Below the pieces are notes generated by a model, which searched no databases, was not told where the DNA came from, and was given only the letters and a program-made list of their open reading frames with translations. Shown here one piece after another: positions 34,123-46,651 of a DNA stretch of 64,000 bases (positions are counted from its first letter, which is position 1; each line of letters begins with the position of its first letter). The stretch is from an uncultured Actinomycetes bacterium. GTDB lineage: Bacteria > Actinomycetota > Thermoleophilia > UBA2241. The position numbers were made by a program, and so were the translations under genes. The stretch lies in contig CAVWIH010000026.1 of assembly GCA_963755025.1 (NCBI GenBank), forward strand, positions 32,001-96,000, in the 5' to 3' direction.

Positions 34123-35415
34123 CGACAGGAAGAGAGTGGGCCATGGCAGACGACGCGACAGGTGTGAAGGAAACCGACGAGCAAGGTCCGGGAGGCGGCG
34201 CCTGCTGTAGTTCGTCGCCGGCCTCCGGCGGATCGTGCTGCGGTAGCACCGTGAAGCCTGTCACGGCGAGCTCGCAGAGCGCCTGCTGTGGCGCGCCGAC
34301 CAAACGGCCGCCACAGGAGCGCCGGCAAAGCTCCTGCTGCGGCGCACCGGCGACGCCCCCGGCCGACTACCCCTACGGCCCCGCTGCCTACGTCGTCGGC
34401 GCCACCGAGACGCCGGTCGGCGCCGTCCCCCGGGTGTCTCGCGAGGTCGCTCGCGGCGATCGCCTGGGCGCCTGGCGGGTGCGCTGGGGCTTCGGGCGCG
34501 ACGACTACCGGGTGAAGCCGGGCCTGTACGCCGTGGGAGCACCGGACGCCGCCGCGCCTGTGCTGGTCACCGCCAACTACAAGCTCACCTTCGACGCGCT
34601 GCGCTCGTCGCTCGCCGATCTCGACGCCTGGCTGCTGGTCGCAGACACGCGCGGCATCAACGTCTGGTGCGCGGCCGGCAAGGGCACCTTCTGCGCCGAC
34701 GAGGTCGCGCGCGTGGTCCACGAGACGCGACTCGCCGAGGTCGTCGCGCACCGGCGCCTCGTGCTGCCGCAGCTTGCGGCGCCGGGAGTCGCCGCTCACC
34801 AGGTCAAAGAAGCCTGTGGCTTTCGGGTGACCTTCGGGCCGGTGCGGGCCGCCGACCTGCCGGCCTTTCTGGCCGCCGGCATGAAGGCCGACTCGCGCAT
34901 GCGCGCCGTCACCTTCGATGCCCGAGAGCGCGCCGTGCTCGCGCCCGCAGAGCTGCAGGTCGCCTGGGACCGCCGCATGATGCTGGCTTACGCCGGCATC
35001 CTGGCCGTCTCGGCGATCGGCCGCGACGGCGTCTCGCTCGGCCGGGCCGCGCGCCGCGGCGCGCCGGTGGTCGGCGCCGCCTGGCTTGCCCTGCTGGCGG
35101 GTGGCGCCGTAACGCCGCTCGCCCTGCCCTGGTTGCCCGGCCGCGCCTTCTCCGCGAAAGGCGCTGTGGCCGGAGGCGTGGCGGCGGTGGGTGCCACGGC
35201 GGCTGTTTCGCCATCGGCTCTCGCCGGCCGCAAAGCTCGCCCTGCTGGCCGGCGTGCCGGCCGTCTCCTCCTATGCCGCCATGAACTTCACCGGCTCCTC
35301 GCCGATCACCTCGCCATCGGGCGTCGAGCTCGAGATGCGCCGGGCGCTGCCTTGGCAGGTCGCGGCATCGGTCGTTGCTGCCGGCGCCTGGCTTGCCAGC
35401 AGAGCGGGAAGGTGA
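34119..35415 (+). CDS. hgcA: Mercury methylation corrinoid protein HgcA with a Cys-Cys-rich N-terminal extension; one frameshift near 35220
   Basis: Cap-helix motif 'DTRGINVWCAAGKGTF' (~34659-34682), 'PGLYAVGAPD..PVLVTANYKLTFD', 'LPQLAAPGVAAH..FGPVRAADLP'; C-terminal TM domain 'LPWLPGRAFSAKG..MNFTGSSPITSPSGVELEM' (last part in ORF 35191..35415). Confidence 0.93.
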
Positions 35416-35420
35416 GTGCG

Positions 35421-35698
35421 ATGCCGAAGCTACGCTACATCGACCAGGCCGTCACCCTGCGAACTCGACGCCGGACTGTTGCAACGGTTGTGGACTGTGC
35501 GTAGCCGTCTGTCCGCGTGCCGTGTTCGCGCTCGTGAACGGCCGCGCTTCGCTGGCGGACCGAGGCGCCTGCATCGAGTGCGGCGCCTGCGCCCTCAACT
35601 GCGTGTCGGGCGCCATCAGCGTCGATCCCGGCGTAGGCTGTGCACAGGCGATCATTCACGGCTGGCTGACCGGCGGCGAGCCGAGTTGCGATTGCTAA
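35421..35698 (+). CDS. hgcB: Mercury methylation 2[4Fe-4S] ferredoxin HgcB; indels near 35460-35480
   Basis: 'MPKLRYIDQAVTL..CNGCGLCVAVCP..CIECGACALNC..PGVGCA..SCDC*'; C(M/I)ECGA and GVGCA signatures; immediately after hgcA. Confidence 0.92.
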
Positions 35699-35861
35699 GG
35701 CGATCGACGAGGCTCCGGCGTGCTCTGAGCTCGGAGCACGACCTCTGAGGCTGGGGCCGGGTCGGCTTTCCGTCAGACCGCCCCGCGCGACAATGGGGCC
35801 GTGAACCGGTCGCGGCCATCCGGGGCTGGGCGTGGCGTCCTACAACGCAGGAGGGGAGAAC

Positions 35862-36708
35862 ATGGGGCCCGAATGGAAGCTCTACGAGCGACTGCTCGCT
35901 GAACTGCCCGACGACGAGCAGGTACGCGCCTGCCTCGTGGGCAGCGCCTGGACGCTGGTCGAGGCTGCAGGGGTGGGCATGGCGATGTCGTTCCACGACG
36001 GTACCTGGCTGTCGTGCCCCACGTCGCCGATCGCCGGTCGGCCACTCGCCGAGGTGGCCGGCCAGCTGACGAGCTGGAACCTGATCGAGGCCGCCATCGG
36101 CCTGGCCGCCCTGAACGCGCACTACAACTACAGGGAGCGCGTCGAGCACTGGCTGGGCCGGCGCATCGGCGACAGCGAGGACAGCCCCGTCTTTCGCTCG
36201 CTGGAAGACGAGCTCGCGGGCACGAAGGTGGGCGTGATTGGCCACTTCCCCGGTCTCGAGCGTCTCGCCGCCCGTTGCGAGCTCACGGTCTTCGAACGCC
36301 GCCCGCAGCCAGGCGATCTGCCCGACTACGCCGAGGACTACCTGCTGCCCTCCATGGACTGGGTGCTCATCACCGGCACGGCGTTGACGAACAAGACCCT
36401 GCCCCACCTGCTCGACATCACGAGCAAGGCGCGTGTGGTGCTGGTCGGCCCGAGCGTGCCGCTCACGCCGCTGTGGTTCGAGCTCGGCGTCCACATGTTG
36501 GCCGGGAGCGTCGTGACGGACCGGGAGCGGCTGTGGCCCGTCGTGCAGGAGGGCTCCTGCTTCGAGGTGTTCAGGAACGGGGTCGCGAGGATCCAGGTCG
36601 CCGTGGACGACCTGCCCGGCGGTCGCGAGGGCGTAGCCCGGGCGGGGTCGACGTGCAGGGTCCGAGGCCGTGGGTGCGCTGCGATCAGAAAGCCGCGCTC
36701 CGTGGCGC

Positions 36709-36731
<23 letters not shown>
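35862..36731 (+). CDS. DUF364/DUF4213 Rossmann-like protein (putative heavy-metal chelation)
   Basis: 'SWNLIEAAIGLAALNAHYN..KVGVIGHFP..GDLPDYAEDYLLP..ITGTALTNKTLPHLL..LVGPSVP'. Confidence 0.8.
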
Positions 36732-38157
<1,426 letters not shown>

Positions 38158-38186
<29 letters not shown>

Positions 38187-39868
38187 CGGAGACCTCCAGC
38201 TCGGGGTAGACGGGCTGCCACATCGCTTCCTGGACGGCTTCGACTGGATCGGAGAGCTTCGCCCGCGCGACGCCCTCGGCGGCGGCCTGTCTCGCGACCG
38301 CGACGGCTACGGTAGCCGAAGCGGCTCGCAGGTTCTCGACGGCGGGCAACAGGCCCGCGCCGGGCCGGCTCACATCGACCAGTCCGGCGATCGCCTCGGC
38401 GGCAGTGAGCAGCATGGCGTCGCTGACACCCCTGGCGCGAGAGACGATCGTGCCAAGGCCGATGCCGGGGTAGACCAGGGCGTTGTTGGCCTGCCCTATG
38501 CGATAGTCGGTGCCTTTGAACGAGACCGGCTCCCAGGGGGTGCCGGTCGCCACCGAGACCGCGGCCCTCGGTCCAGCGGATCACATCGGCCGGTACGGCC
38601 TCGATCCGCTCGGTCGGGTTCGACATAGGAAAGATCATCGGCCGGTCGACGTGCTTGGCCATCTCGCGCAGGATCGGTTCGGTGAAGGCACCGCCGACGG
38701 TCGAGGTGCCGACGATGATCGTCGGACGGACCTCGCCACGACCTCGCGAGATCCGATCGCGTCGTCGCGCCCATTGCGCTCCAGCCGGCCACCTCCGGCC
38801 GCGCGGTCGCGCGTAGGGCTTTTGGAAGTCTCGCAGGTCCGTCATGTCGTCGACCAGCAATCCCTGCTTGTCGACGCACCAGAACTGCGCGGTTGCGGCA
38901 TCGATGCGGTCAGGCCGTCGTTGACCATGATGACCCGGATCTGATCGGCGATGCCGATGCCGGCCGTGCCCGAACCGAAGATGACGACTCGCTGCTCGCT
39001 CGGGGCGGTTCCAGCCACACGCAGGCCGGCCAGTGCGGCGGCGAGGATGATCGCACCGGTTCCTTGGATATCGTCGTTGAAGACGGGAGCAGTGTCCCGG
39101 TACTTGTTCAGGATGCGCCTCGCGTTGGAAGGTCCGAAGTCCTCGAAGTGCAAGAGGGCCTTCGGGAACCGACTGCCTGGCCGTCTTGACGTAGCCGTCG
39201 ATGAACGCGTCGTAGCGTGGGCCGCGCACCCGACTGTGGTGATTGCCGACGTACAGTGGATCGTTGAGTAGCGACTCGCGGTCGGTGCCTACATCGAGCA
39301 TCACCGGGATCACGCGTTCGGGGTCTATGCCGGCCGCCGCCGTGTAGACCGCGAGCTTGCCGATCGAGATGGCCATGCCGTTGGCGCCCCAGTCGCCGAT
39401 CCCGAGGATCTCTTCGGCGTCGGTGGCGACCAGCAGGTCGACGTCGTCGGCGCCGAGCCCGTAGTTGCGAAAGGCGGTCTCGATGCCGGCGTCGTCGTCG
39501 ATGGAGAGGTAGACCCCGCTGGGTCGGCGGTACTCGTGGCTCAGGCGCTCTATCGCCTGGGCGATCACGGGATCGTACACGACTGGCAGCATCTCGGTGA
39601 GATGGTCGGCCAGCAGCTTGTAGTAGAGGACCTGATTGCGCTCCTCGAGGGCGGCCAGAAAGGTGTTGCGCGCCAGGTCGTCGGGCTGAGCCCGATACTG
39701 CGCGTAGGAGCGCTTCGCCTGCTCTTCCAGGGTGAGGACCGCTGCGGGCAACAACCCGTCCAGGCCCAGGACAGTGCGCTCCTCGTCAGTGAACGCCGTC
39801 CCGCGATTGAAGCGCGAGTCGTGCAGCAGAGCCCGTCCGCTGGAAAGCTTCGTCGGTTTCGTCGACAT
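38158..39868 (-). CDS. NAD-dependent malic enzyme; several apparent frameshifts
   Basis: '[18 protein letters not shown]', '[13 protein letters not shown]', '[14 protein letters not shown]', 'G.GTAGIGIA', 'FPMSNPT', '[16 protein letters not shown]'. Confidence 0.9.
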
Positions 39869-39966
39869 GGTGGCCCACTCCCTTGGGCGCCACCCTGCGG
39901 CACTTCACGTGGCCGCCCGTCGTGGTCTTTTGGGATTTTCGGTCTGGGTACCCAGACGGGCACGCC

Positions 39967-41028
39967 TTAGGCCGCGGCCTCCGTCGTCGCCTCCTGTGCC
40001 AGCGGCTGCGCCGGCACGACGTACGGGAAGCGGCCGGCGCGAAGATGCCGGGCCACCGAGGGCGTGAGGCCCGAGGGCACGGCGGCGTTGGCGACGAGGG
40101 ACAGCATGACCTCCGGCGCGTTGTCGGCCAGCGTGCGCCCGTTGAAGGCGGCGAAGCCGTACATCGCCGGCGTCCCGATCACGTAGGGCAGGACGTCGGG
40201 GAACAGGCGCCGCGCCACGGTCTGGCCGTAGCCCTCGGGGTCGTCCGAGGTGCCGCTCGCCGACACGACAGCCGCGACCTGCTTGCCGATGTACTCCGCG
40301 GCCGCCTCGACGTCGGCCGACGGGTGCCGGGTGTTGGCGGGGTTGGAGAAGTCGGTGTCGTGCGGCCAGAAGATCGGCCACATCATGGGGTGACCGGCGC
40401 GGTTGATCTGTCGCCAGCCGCCCGCATCGGTGGCGAGCTTAGTCGCGGCCCAGACGCCGATGCGGCGGCCGGGGCGCAGCTGGCCATCCCGGTGCGATAT
40501 CTCCAGCACGATCGATTCGACCGTCGTGTCGGCAAAGCTGTTGCGCGCGGTCTCGGGGCGCCACGCCGACAGGTCGACGGCAGTGCCGTTCTTGATCGCG
40601 GCGTCCACGATGTCCAGGAGCGAGAGGTCGATGTAGAACGAGTCGTTGATGCGCCCGGCCCAGATCCGCGCGCCGCTTGCCGTCGCCGGCTCGCCTGTGC
40701 GGCCTTTGAGCACAAGCTCACCGGCCTCGGCGTCGTCGCGCGCCTGGTCGCCGGTGATGGCGTGCAGTTGCAGGTACTGTCGACCATCCGCCTCTGGTGC
40801 GCCAAAGGACACGCGGTAGGTCAGCGCCTCGAACTCGGCTCCGTCGATGTGCACCTTGAACTCGTACCGTGCCTCGTGGTGAAAACCCGGCTGCACGTGG
40901 ACCCCAGTGACGTCGGAGTTGACGTCCATCACGAACACCGTGCTGTTGTCGCCCTGAAAGACGTACAGGTCGTCGAGGTAGAGCTGGCCGTTCTGACTTG
41001 CAAGAGGCGTGTCGAGATGATGCGACAT
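39967..41028 (-). CDS. DUF4331 family protein
   Basis: 'MSHHLDTPLA..LYLDDLYVF..IWAGRINDSFYID..WRQINRAGHP..LFPDVLPY..NGRTLADN..FPYV'; AAGGAGG RBS. Confidence 0.8.
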   Translation of the reverse strand: MSHHLDTPLASQNGQLYLDDLYVFQGDNSTVFVMDVNSDVTGVHVQPGFHHEARYEFKVHIDGAEFEALTYRVSFGAPEADGRQYLQLHAITGDQARDDAEAGELVLKGRTGEPATASGARIWAGRINDSFYIDLSLLDIVDAAIKNGTAVDLSAWRPETARNSFADTTVESIVLEISHRDGQLRPGRRIGVWAATKLATDAGGWRQINRAGHPMMWPIFWPHDTDFSNPANTRHPSADVEAAAEYIGKQVAAVVSASGTSDDPEGYGQTVARRLFPDVLPYVIGTPAMYGFAAFNGRTLADNAPEVMLSLVANAAVPSGLTPSVARHLRAGRFPYVVPAQPLAQEATTEAAA

Positions 41029-41315
41029 GGGGCCCTCCTTCTCCGTTTGTGCTTGCGAGGCTTGTGCGTGGCTCGACGGCGGGCCACGTAGTCGGTCGGC
41101 GACCATGACTGAGTCTCTTTAGGACGGCCCGAGCGGGCGGTCGATAAACAGGTCTGCCGTTGCCCTCCCGCCGCGCGTCCGGCCCCGAGCCGGCGCGCTG
41201 ACGAGCGTCGGGTAACGGGGTTTGCCGTTTGCCCAAGGGGTAGCCAAAACCGTATGGGCCAAGCGAAGTCCCGAGGGGAAGTTCCTGCAAACGGTAGTAA
41301 AAGGAGGTCCGTCTG

Positions 41316-42549
41316 ATGGGCCGTGAGGAGGATTCCTCTATTCGTCCGTTTTCGGCTGAGAACGTGCCGGAGGCAGAGCTCTCGGAACTGCGCAGGCGCA
41401 TCGACGCGACGAAGTGGCCTGACCGGGAAACGGTCACAGACGCATCCCAAGGCGTGCAGCTCGCGACCATGCAGGCACTCGCGCGCTATTGGGCGACAGA
41501 TTACGACTGGCGCAGGTGCGAGGCGCGGCTGAGCGCCCTGCCGCAGTTCATCACCACCATCGACGGGCTGGACATCCACTTCATCCACGTGCGCTCCCGG
41601 CACGAGGATGCGCTGCCGCTCATCGTCACACACGGCTGGCCCGGCTCAGTGGTGGAGCAGATGAAGATCATCGAGCCGCTGACCGATCCCACGGCGCACG
41701 GCGGCAGCGCAGCCGACGCGTTCCATATCGTGGTTCCGTCGCTGCCGGGCTACGGCTACTCCGGCCGACCCACCAGCCCCGGCTGGGACGTGGCCCACAT
41801 CGCTCGCGCCTGGACCGTGCTGATGAAGCGCCTCGGGTACAAGGAGTTCGTGGCGCAGGGCGGCGATTGGGGGGCACTCGTCACCGAGCAGATGGGTGTG
41901 CAGGCGCCCCCGGAGCTGCTCGGCATCCACACCAACATGCCCGGCGTCTTTCCGGCCGAGATCGACAAGGCGGCTCTTGCCGGCGACCCGCCGCCGTCGG
42001 GTCTCTCAGCCGATGAGAAGCGCGCCTACGATCAGCTCGAGCTTCGTCTATGAGAAGGGCATCGCCTACGGGTCGAGATGGGATTGCGCCCGCAGACGCT
42101 GTACGGGATCGCGGACTCACCCATCGGCTTGGCCGCGTATATCCTCGACCACGACGCGCGCAGCTACGCGCTGATCGCGCGCGTCTTCGAGGGAGAGCCT
42201 GAGGGCCTCTCGCGCGACGACGTCCTCGACAACATCACCATCACCTGGCTGACGAACACGGCGCTTTCCGGCGCTCGTCTCTATTGGGAGAACTGGGGCA
42301 AACTCGGCTATTTCAATGTCAAAGGCGTGAAGATCCCGGTCGCAGTGAGCGTCTTTCCCGACGAGCTCTACCCGGCCCCGCGGAGCTGGGCCGAGCAGGC
42401 GTTCCCCAAGCTCGTGCACTACAACAGGGTCCCTAAGGGCGGCCACTTCGCGGCCTGGGAGCAGCCGGCGCTGTTCTGCAGCGGAGGTGAGGGCGGGGTT
42501 CAGGCCGGTGAGACAGGCCGCCCGAGGCGAGGAGCGGGCCGCCGCCTAG
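41316..42549 (+). CDS. Epoxide hydrolase (EHN + alpha/beta hydrolase); frameshifts near 42045-42075 and 42478
   Basis: '[70 protein letters not shown]'. Confidence 0.88.
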
Positions 42550-42632
42550 CGGCGACCGCGAAGACCGGCGTTCCACGCTCCGAAGACCGTCAGAGCTTCG
42601 CGCTCCGAGTGGCGGGCCTCGCAGCGGCGACC

Positions 42633-44908
42633 TCAGGCCTCTTCAAAGGCGAAGCGCCCTTCGCGCATGAGGCGCAGGCAGGCCGCGCAGACCGCGGTGT
42701 CGTAGCGGCGGCCGCTGCCCTTCTCGATCTCGGCGAGGGCGGCCTCGAGCGGCAGGCGCGGGGCGGTAGGGCCGGTGGCTGACCATCGCCTCGACGATGT
42801 CGGCCACCGCCAGGACGCGCGCCTCGGGAAGGATCTCCGCCGCCCTTCAGACCGGCCGGGTAGCCCGAGCCGTCGAGGCGCTCGTGGTGCTGGCGCACCA
42901 TCGCCGCGACGTCGCCGCCGAAGTCGATGTCGGCGAGGATCTCGGCGCCGGCCGCGGCGTGCTGGCGGATCAGCAGGAACTCGGTCGCGTTCAACGTGCC
43001 CGGCTTGCTCAGGATCTCGGCCGGCACGATGATCTTGCCGAGGTCGTGGAGCAGCGCGGCGATGCGCAGCAAGGCGATCCGCTCCTCGCTCCCAGCCGAG
43101 CTCGGCGGCGAGCGCGCAGGCGAGCTGCGGCCACGCGGCGCTGATGACCGGCGGTGTAGGGGTCGCGCAGCTCGGCCGTCGTGCCCAGCGCGGCGACGCC
43201 GGCCTGCAGGGTGCGCTCGAGCCGCGCCGTCGTGTGCGCGAGCTCGCGCTCGGTGCGCTTGCGGGCGGTCACGTCGCGGACCACGCTCAGCAGGAGGGTC
43301 TCGCCGCCGAGCGTGGCGACGCCGCGGGCGCTCACCTCGACGGGGAACACCGAGCCGTCCTTGCGGCGATGCTCGGTCTCGAAGAGGACGCCGCCGGCCG
43401 CCGCCGCGCTCGATCTGCTCCGCGAGCAGCGGGCTCGCGGCCCATCGGTGCGCAGGGCGCGAGATGTCGAGCTCGCAGGAGCTCCTCGCGCGTGTAGCCG
43501 TAGGCCGCCTCGGCGGCCGCGTTGGCCTCGACGATGCGGCCGTCGGTGGCGCGCACGAAGAGCATGATGTCGCGCGCCTCGGCGAACAGCAGCCGGTAGC
43601 GCGGCAGCAGGTCGTCGGCCCGGCGGCGCTCGCTCACGTCGACGTCGGCGACGTAGACGCGATCGAAGGTGTCCTCGTGACCGGGGGCGACGATGCAGGT
43701 CTCCATCACGTGCAGCGCGCGGCCGGCGAGCGTCAGGTTGATCTCCTCGTAACTGGCGTGCGCCCGCCGGCCAGCATCGCCGCCCAGAAGACGGCAAGCC
43801 CCCGGGAGCCGGGCGGATAGAGTCGGCCTGGCGCTCGAGCAGCTCCTCGCGGCTCGACGCCTCGAGAGCGCCACGGCGGCGTGGTTCACGTCGAGGGTGC
43901 GGGCCAGCGACACGCAGCGGCGTACTCGGCCGGGTGCTCGCGCAGGAAGCTCGCGAGGTCGTCGACCCCCGAGGCCATGAGCTGCTCGAGATAGGCCTTG
44001 GCCGCCGAGTGGTCCTCTTCCCACAGGGCCACCGGCGAGTCCTCGAAGAGCGGAGCGGTAGCGGCGCTCGCTCTCGGCGAGCGCCTCCGGTCGCGCACTC
44101 TGCGGGCGGTGACGTCATGTGTGACGCCGAGCACCGCCATGATCTGATCGTCGTCGTCGAAGCGCGACAAGCCGCGTGTTCACCCAGCGCTCGCCGTTGG
44201 GGTAGACGATCTGCGATTCGGTCTCGTGGGGTTCGCCGGTCGCCAGCACGTTCTCGACGGCCGCCATGATCCGGGTCGCGGTCGGGCCCTGGAACATGGT
44301 CGTGAGCGGCGTGCCGACGAGCTGCTCGGCGGGCACGCCGAAGCTCGTGCGCCGCGGTCGTTCACGAACTGCACGCGGCCGTCGGCGCCGACCAGGTAGA
44401 TCATGTCGGGCGAGGCCTCGGTGACCAGGCGGTAGCGCTGTTCGCTGACGCTCAAACGGCGCTCGCTCAGCACGCGGTCGGTGACGTCGCGGGCGCTGAT
44501 CAGGATGCCGCGCACGGCTTCATCGTCGAGGTGGCTGCTGGCCGTCCACTCGATCCAGTGCAGTGAGCCGTCCTTCGCGCGGATGCGCGTGGTCCCCGTG
44601 CTGGGCGCCGGGTCGGTCGCCGCGCTCGCCCGCGGATGGAGGGCCGCGAGCTGCGCCAGATCGTCGTCGGGGATGAGCTCGTAGGCGATCAGGCCCGTGA
44701 CTTCGTCCTGGCTGTACCCGATGAGGCGCTCCACCGAGGGGCTGCAGTACGTCACCCGGGCGTCGGCATCGACGATGAGAAGCAGGTCGGAGCTGTGCTC
44801 CACGAGCAGCCGTAAGCGGCGTTCGTCGGCGCTTGCACTCGCGCTCGCCGGCGCGCCGCCGTTCGGCGGGCGCCTGGACGTCCCTGGACCTGTGCTGCTG
44901 CGGCCCAA
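42633..44908 (-). CDS. Multi-PAS/PAC HD-GYP cyclic-dinucleotide phosphodiesterase; many apparent frameshifts
   Basis: Several PAS/PAC segments ('LVEHSSDLL..RIRAKDGSLHWIE..RDVTDR', 'HRRKDGSVFPVEVS'); 'RDPYTAGHQRRV', 'LLHDLGKI.VPAEILSKPG.L', 'QHHERLDGSGYP', 'VADIVEAMVSHRPYR'. Confidence 0.85.
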
Positions 44909-44956
44909 GTGGGAACCACCTCTCCGACACCAGCCGTTTTAGAGCCTGCACGCCCA

Positions 44957-44984
44957 CTATCGACAAGGGCGCGGTTTTTCTGAA
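44957..44984 (-). promoter_or_regulatory. Possible sigma28-like promoter of the HD-GYP gene
   Basis: Minus strand TTCA-N16-GTCGATAG about 50 nt upstream of the TTG start. Confidence 0.45.
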
Positions 44985-45011
44985 CCGCAAGGCCGCCGGC
45001 GGAGGGCGGAC

Positions 45012-45097
45012 GTACAGGCGTCTACCTCGGCGGCTCGAGCCACCTTCGGTCGGAAGTACAGGCGTCTACCTCGGCGGCTCGAGCCACCTTCGGTCGG
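45012..45097. repeat. 42-bp direct duplication (period 44)
   Basis: GTACAGGCGTCTACCTCGGCGGCTCGAGCCACCTTCGGTCGG at 45012-45053 and 45056-45097, covering the 3' end of the cytochrome gene. Confidence 0.9.
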
Positions 45098-45845
45098 TCG
45101 CCGGCGGCCCCTGCAGGGTCTGGAGAAAGGCGATCAGCTGCGACTTCTGCTGTTCGGTCAGGCCGAGCGGCTTGATCAGGCTGCGCCCGATCGGGGGGTC
45201 GGGCGCGCGGCTGTAGAAGTCGATCACCTGTTCGAGAGTCGCGAACTGCCCGGCCTGCATGTAGGGAGCGAGCTCGCCGACGTTGCGCAGCGAAGGCGTC
45301 TTGAACTGGCCGGCAAGGCTCGGGCTGTGGACGATCATCGTGTCGAGCTTGGCGGAACCGGCACCCGGCGCGTCGCTGTAACGACCCGCGCCGTTGAACT
45401 CGTTCTGCAGCACCAGCTTCACGCCGTTCTGCCTTCCCGGGGCGGGCGGCAGGCCGGGGGCGGCGGGTACGCCGACGTTCTCAAAGGCGTGGTTTGTGAG
45501 GAGCGGGCCGTTGTGGCAGGCGATGCACCCCGCCGCTCCGATGAACAGACGCAGGCCTGCGACCTGGTCGCCGTCATAGATGGTCTTCGCCCGGCCCAGG
45601 TGGCCGGTCAGGACGGCTTGAGCGTAGCGGTCGAAGCGGGCGGGCCCCGGGTTGATCTTGCGCTCGTAGGCTTCGATGGCCTTACCGAGGTTGGCCAGCA
45701 CCCGCGAGACCGCCCCGCGGTCGGCGCTCGACAGGTGGCCCCAGTTCGCCCGTGTCGTGGCGTCGCCTTCTGGCCCGGCGTGAGCCGGCAGACGAGCGAG
45801 ATCGGCCGGCAGGGGGCCGAAGAGGGCCTCGTACTGCCGCCGCCG
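45066..45845 (-). pseudogene. C-terminal half of a di-heme cytochrome c peroxidase (MauG/MbnH-like); 5' half missing
   Basis: 'LGKAIEAYER..RFDRY..GLRLFIG..GCIACHNGP..FKTPSLRNV..APYM..TLEQVIDFY..LIAFLQTL'; only one CxxCH, no start or signal peptide before the divergent gene at 46006. Confidence 0.7.
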
Positions 45846-46005
45846 TTCAGCGGCTGCCGGCGTCGCGCCCCGACCGTGACCGGACAGACCTTCGGACGGG
45901 CGCCGGTCCGCGGTTCCAGACGGGCCCGCGCTGGGTAGAACGAGGTGCCGCGTCGCTCGTCTGGAGCCGGCGACGTTCGAGGCGCAACCAGGGGGGTCTG
46001 ACACG

Positions 46006-46644
46006 ATGGATCGCAAGTTCGGGCGGCGGCTGGCCGTACTCGTCGCCGTGGCGACGATCACGCTCCTGCTCGGGGCTGCGCCTGCCTGGGCTCACGAAGC
46101 GCGCGACGTGGGCGCCTACCACTTTCTGGTGGGCTGGGGTAGCGAGCCCGCGTTCGTCGGACAGGAGAACAGCATCCAGCTCGTCCTCACCGACCGCGCG
46201 ACCGGCAAGCCGGTGCTGAACCTCGGCACCCTCAAGGTAACGGCCGTCTTTGGCTCGCAGACCATGGTGTTCGCACTCGAGCCGACGTTCGACCCGGACA
46301 CCGGCCTGGGCACGCCCGGCGACTATCGCGCCTGGCTGTTCCCCACGGCGCCGGGCGACTACACGTTCCACTTCACCGGCACGATCGGATCGCAGAAGGT
46401 CGATCAGAGCTTTACGAGCGGCCCCACCACGTTCAACCCGGTACAAGACCCCACGACGGTCGAGTTTCCGCTGCAGATGCCGACCATGACCGAGCTCTCG
46501 CAGCGGGTCAGCGTTGCGCTGCCGCGTCTGGCGAGCTCCTCGCAAAGCTCACGCGCACAGCTGTTCGGCATCGTCGGCATGGTCGTCGGCGCGCTTGGCC
46601 TGGCCGTCGCGGTCGTCGCGCTCGCCACCAGCAGAAGAGCCTGA
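46006..46644 (+). CDS. Secreted membrane-anchored protein, likely copper-binding (mature N-terminal His)
   Basis: Signal peptide ending APAWA|HE, C-terminal TM helix; directly upstream of copC/copD. Confidence 0.7.
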   Translation: MDRKFGRRLAVLVAVATITLLLGAAPAWAHEARDVGAYHFLVGWGSEPAFVGQENSIQLVLTDRATGKPVLNLGTLKVTAVFGSQTMVFALEPTFDPDTGLGTPGDYRAWLFPTAPGDYTFHFTGTIGSQKVDQSFTSGPTTFNPVQDPTTVEFPLQMPTMTELSQRVSVALPRLASSSQSSRAQLFGIVGMVVGALGLAVAVVALATSRRA

Positions 46645-46651
46645 GGTCGGG

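Noticed and set aside
34119-35415. Acetyl-CoA synthase corrinoid subunit (CdhD/AcsC) instead of HgcA
   Set aside because: The cap-helix Cys motif, the C-terminal TM domain and the adjacent HgcB-type ferredoxin are all HgcA hallmarks.
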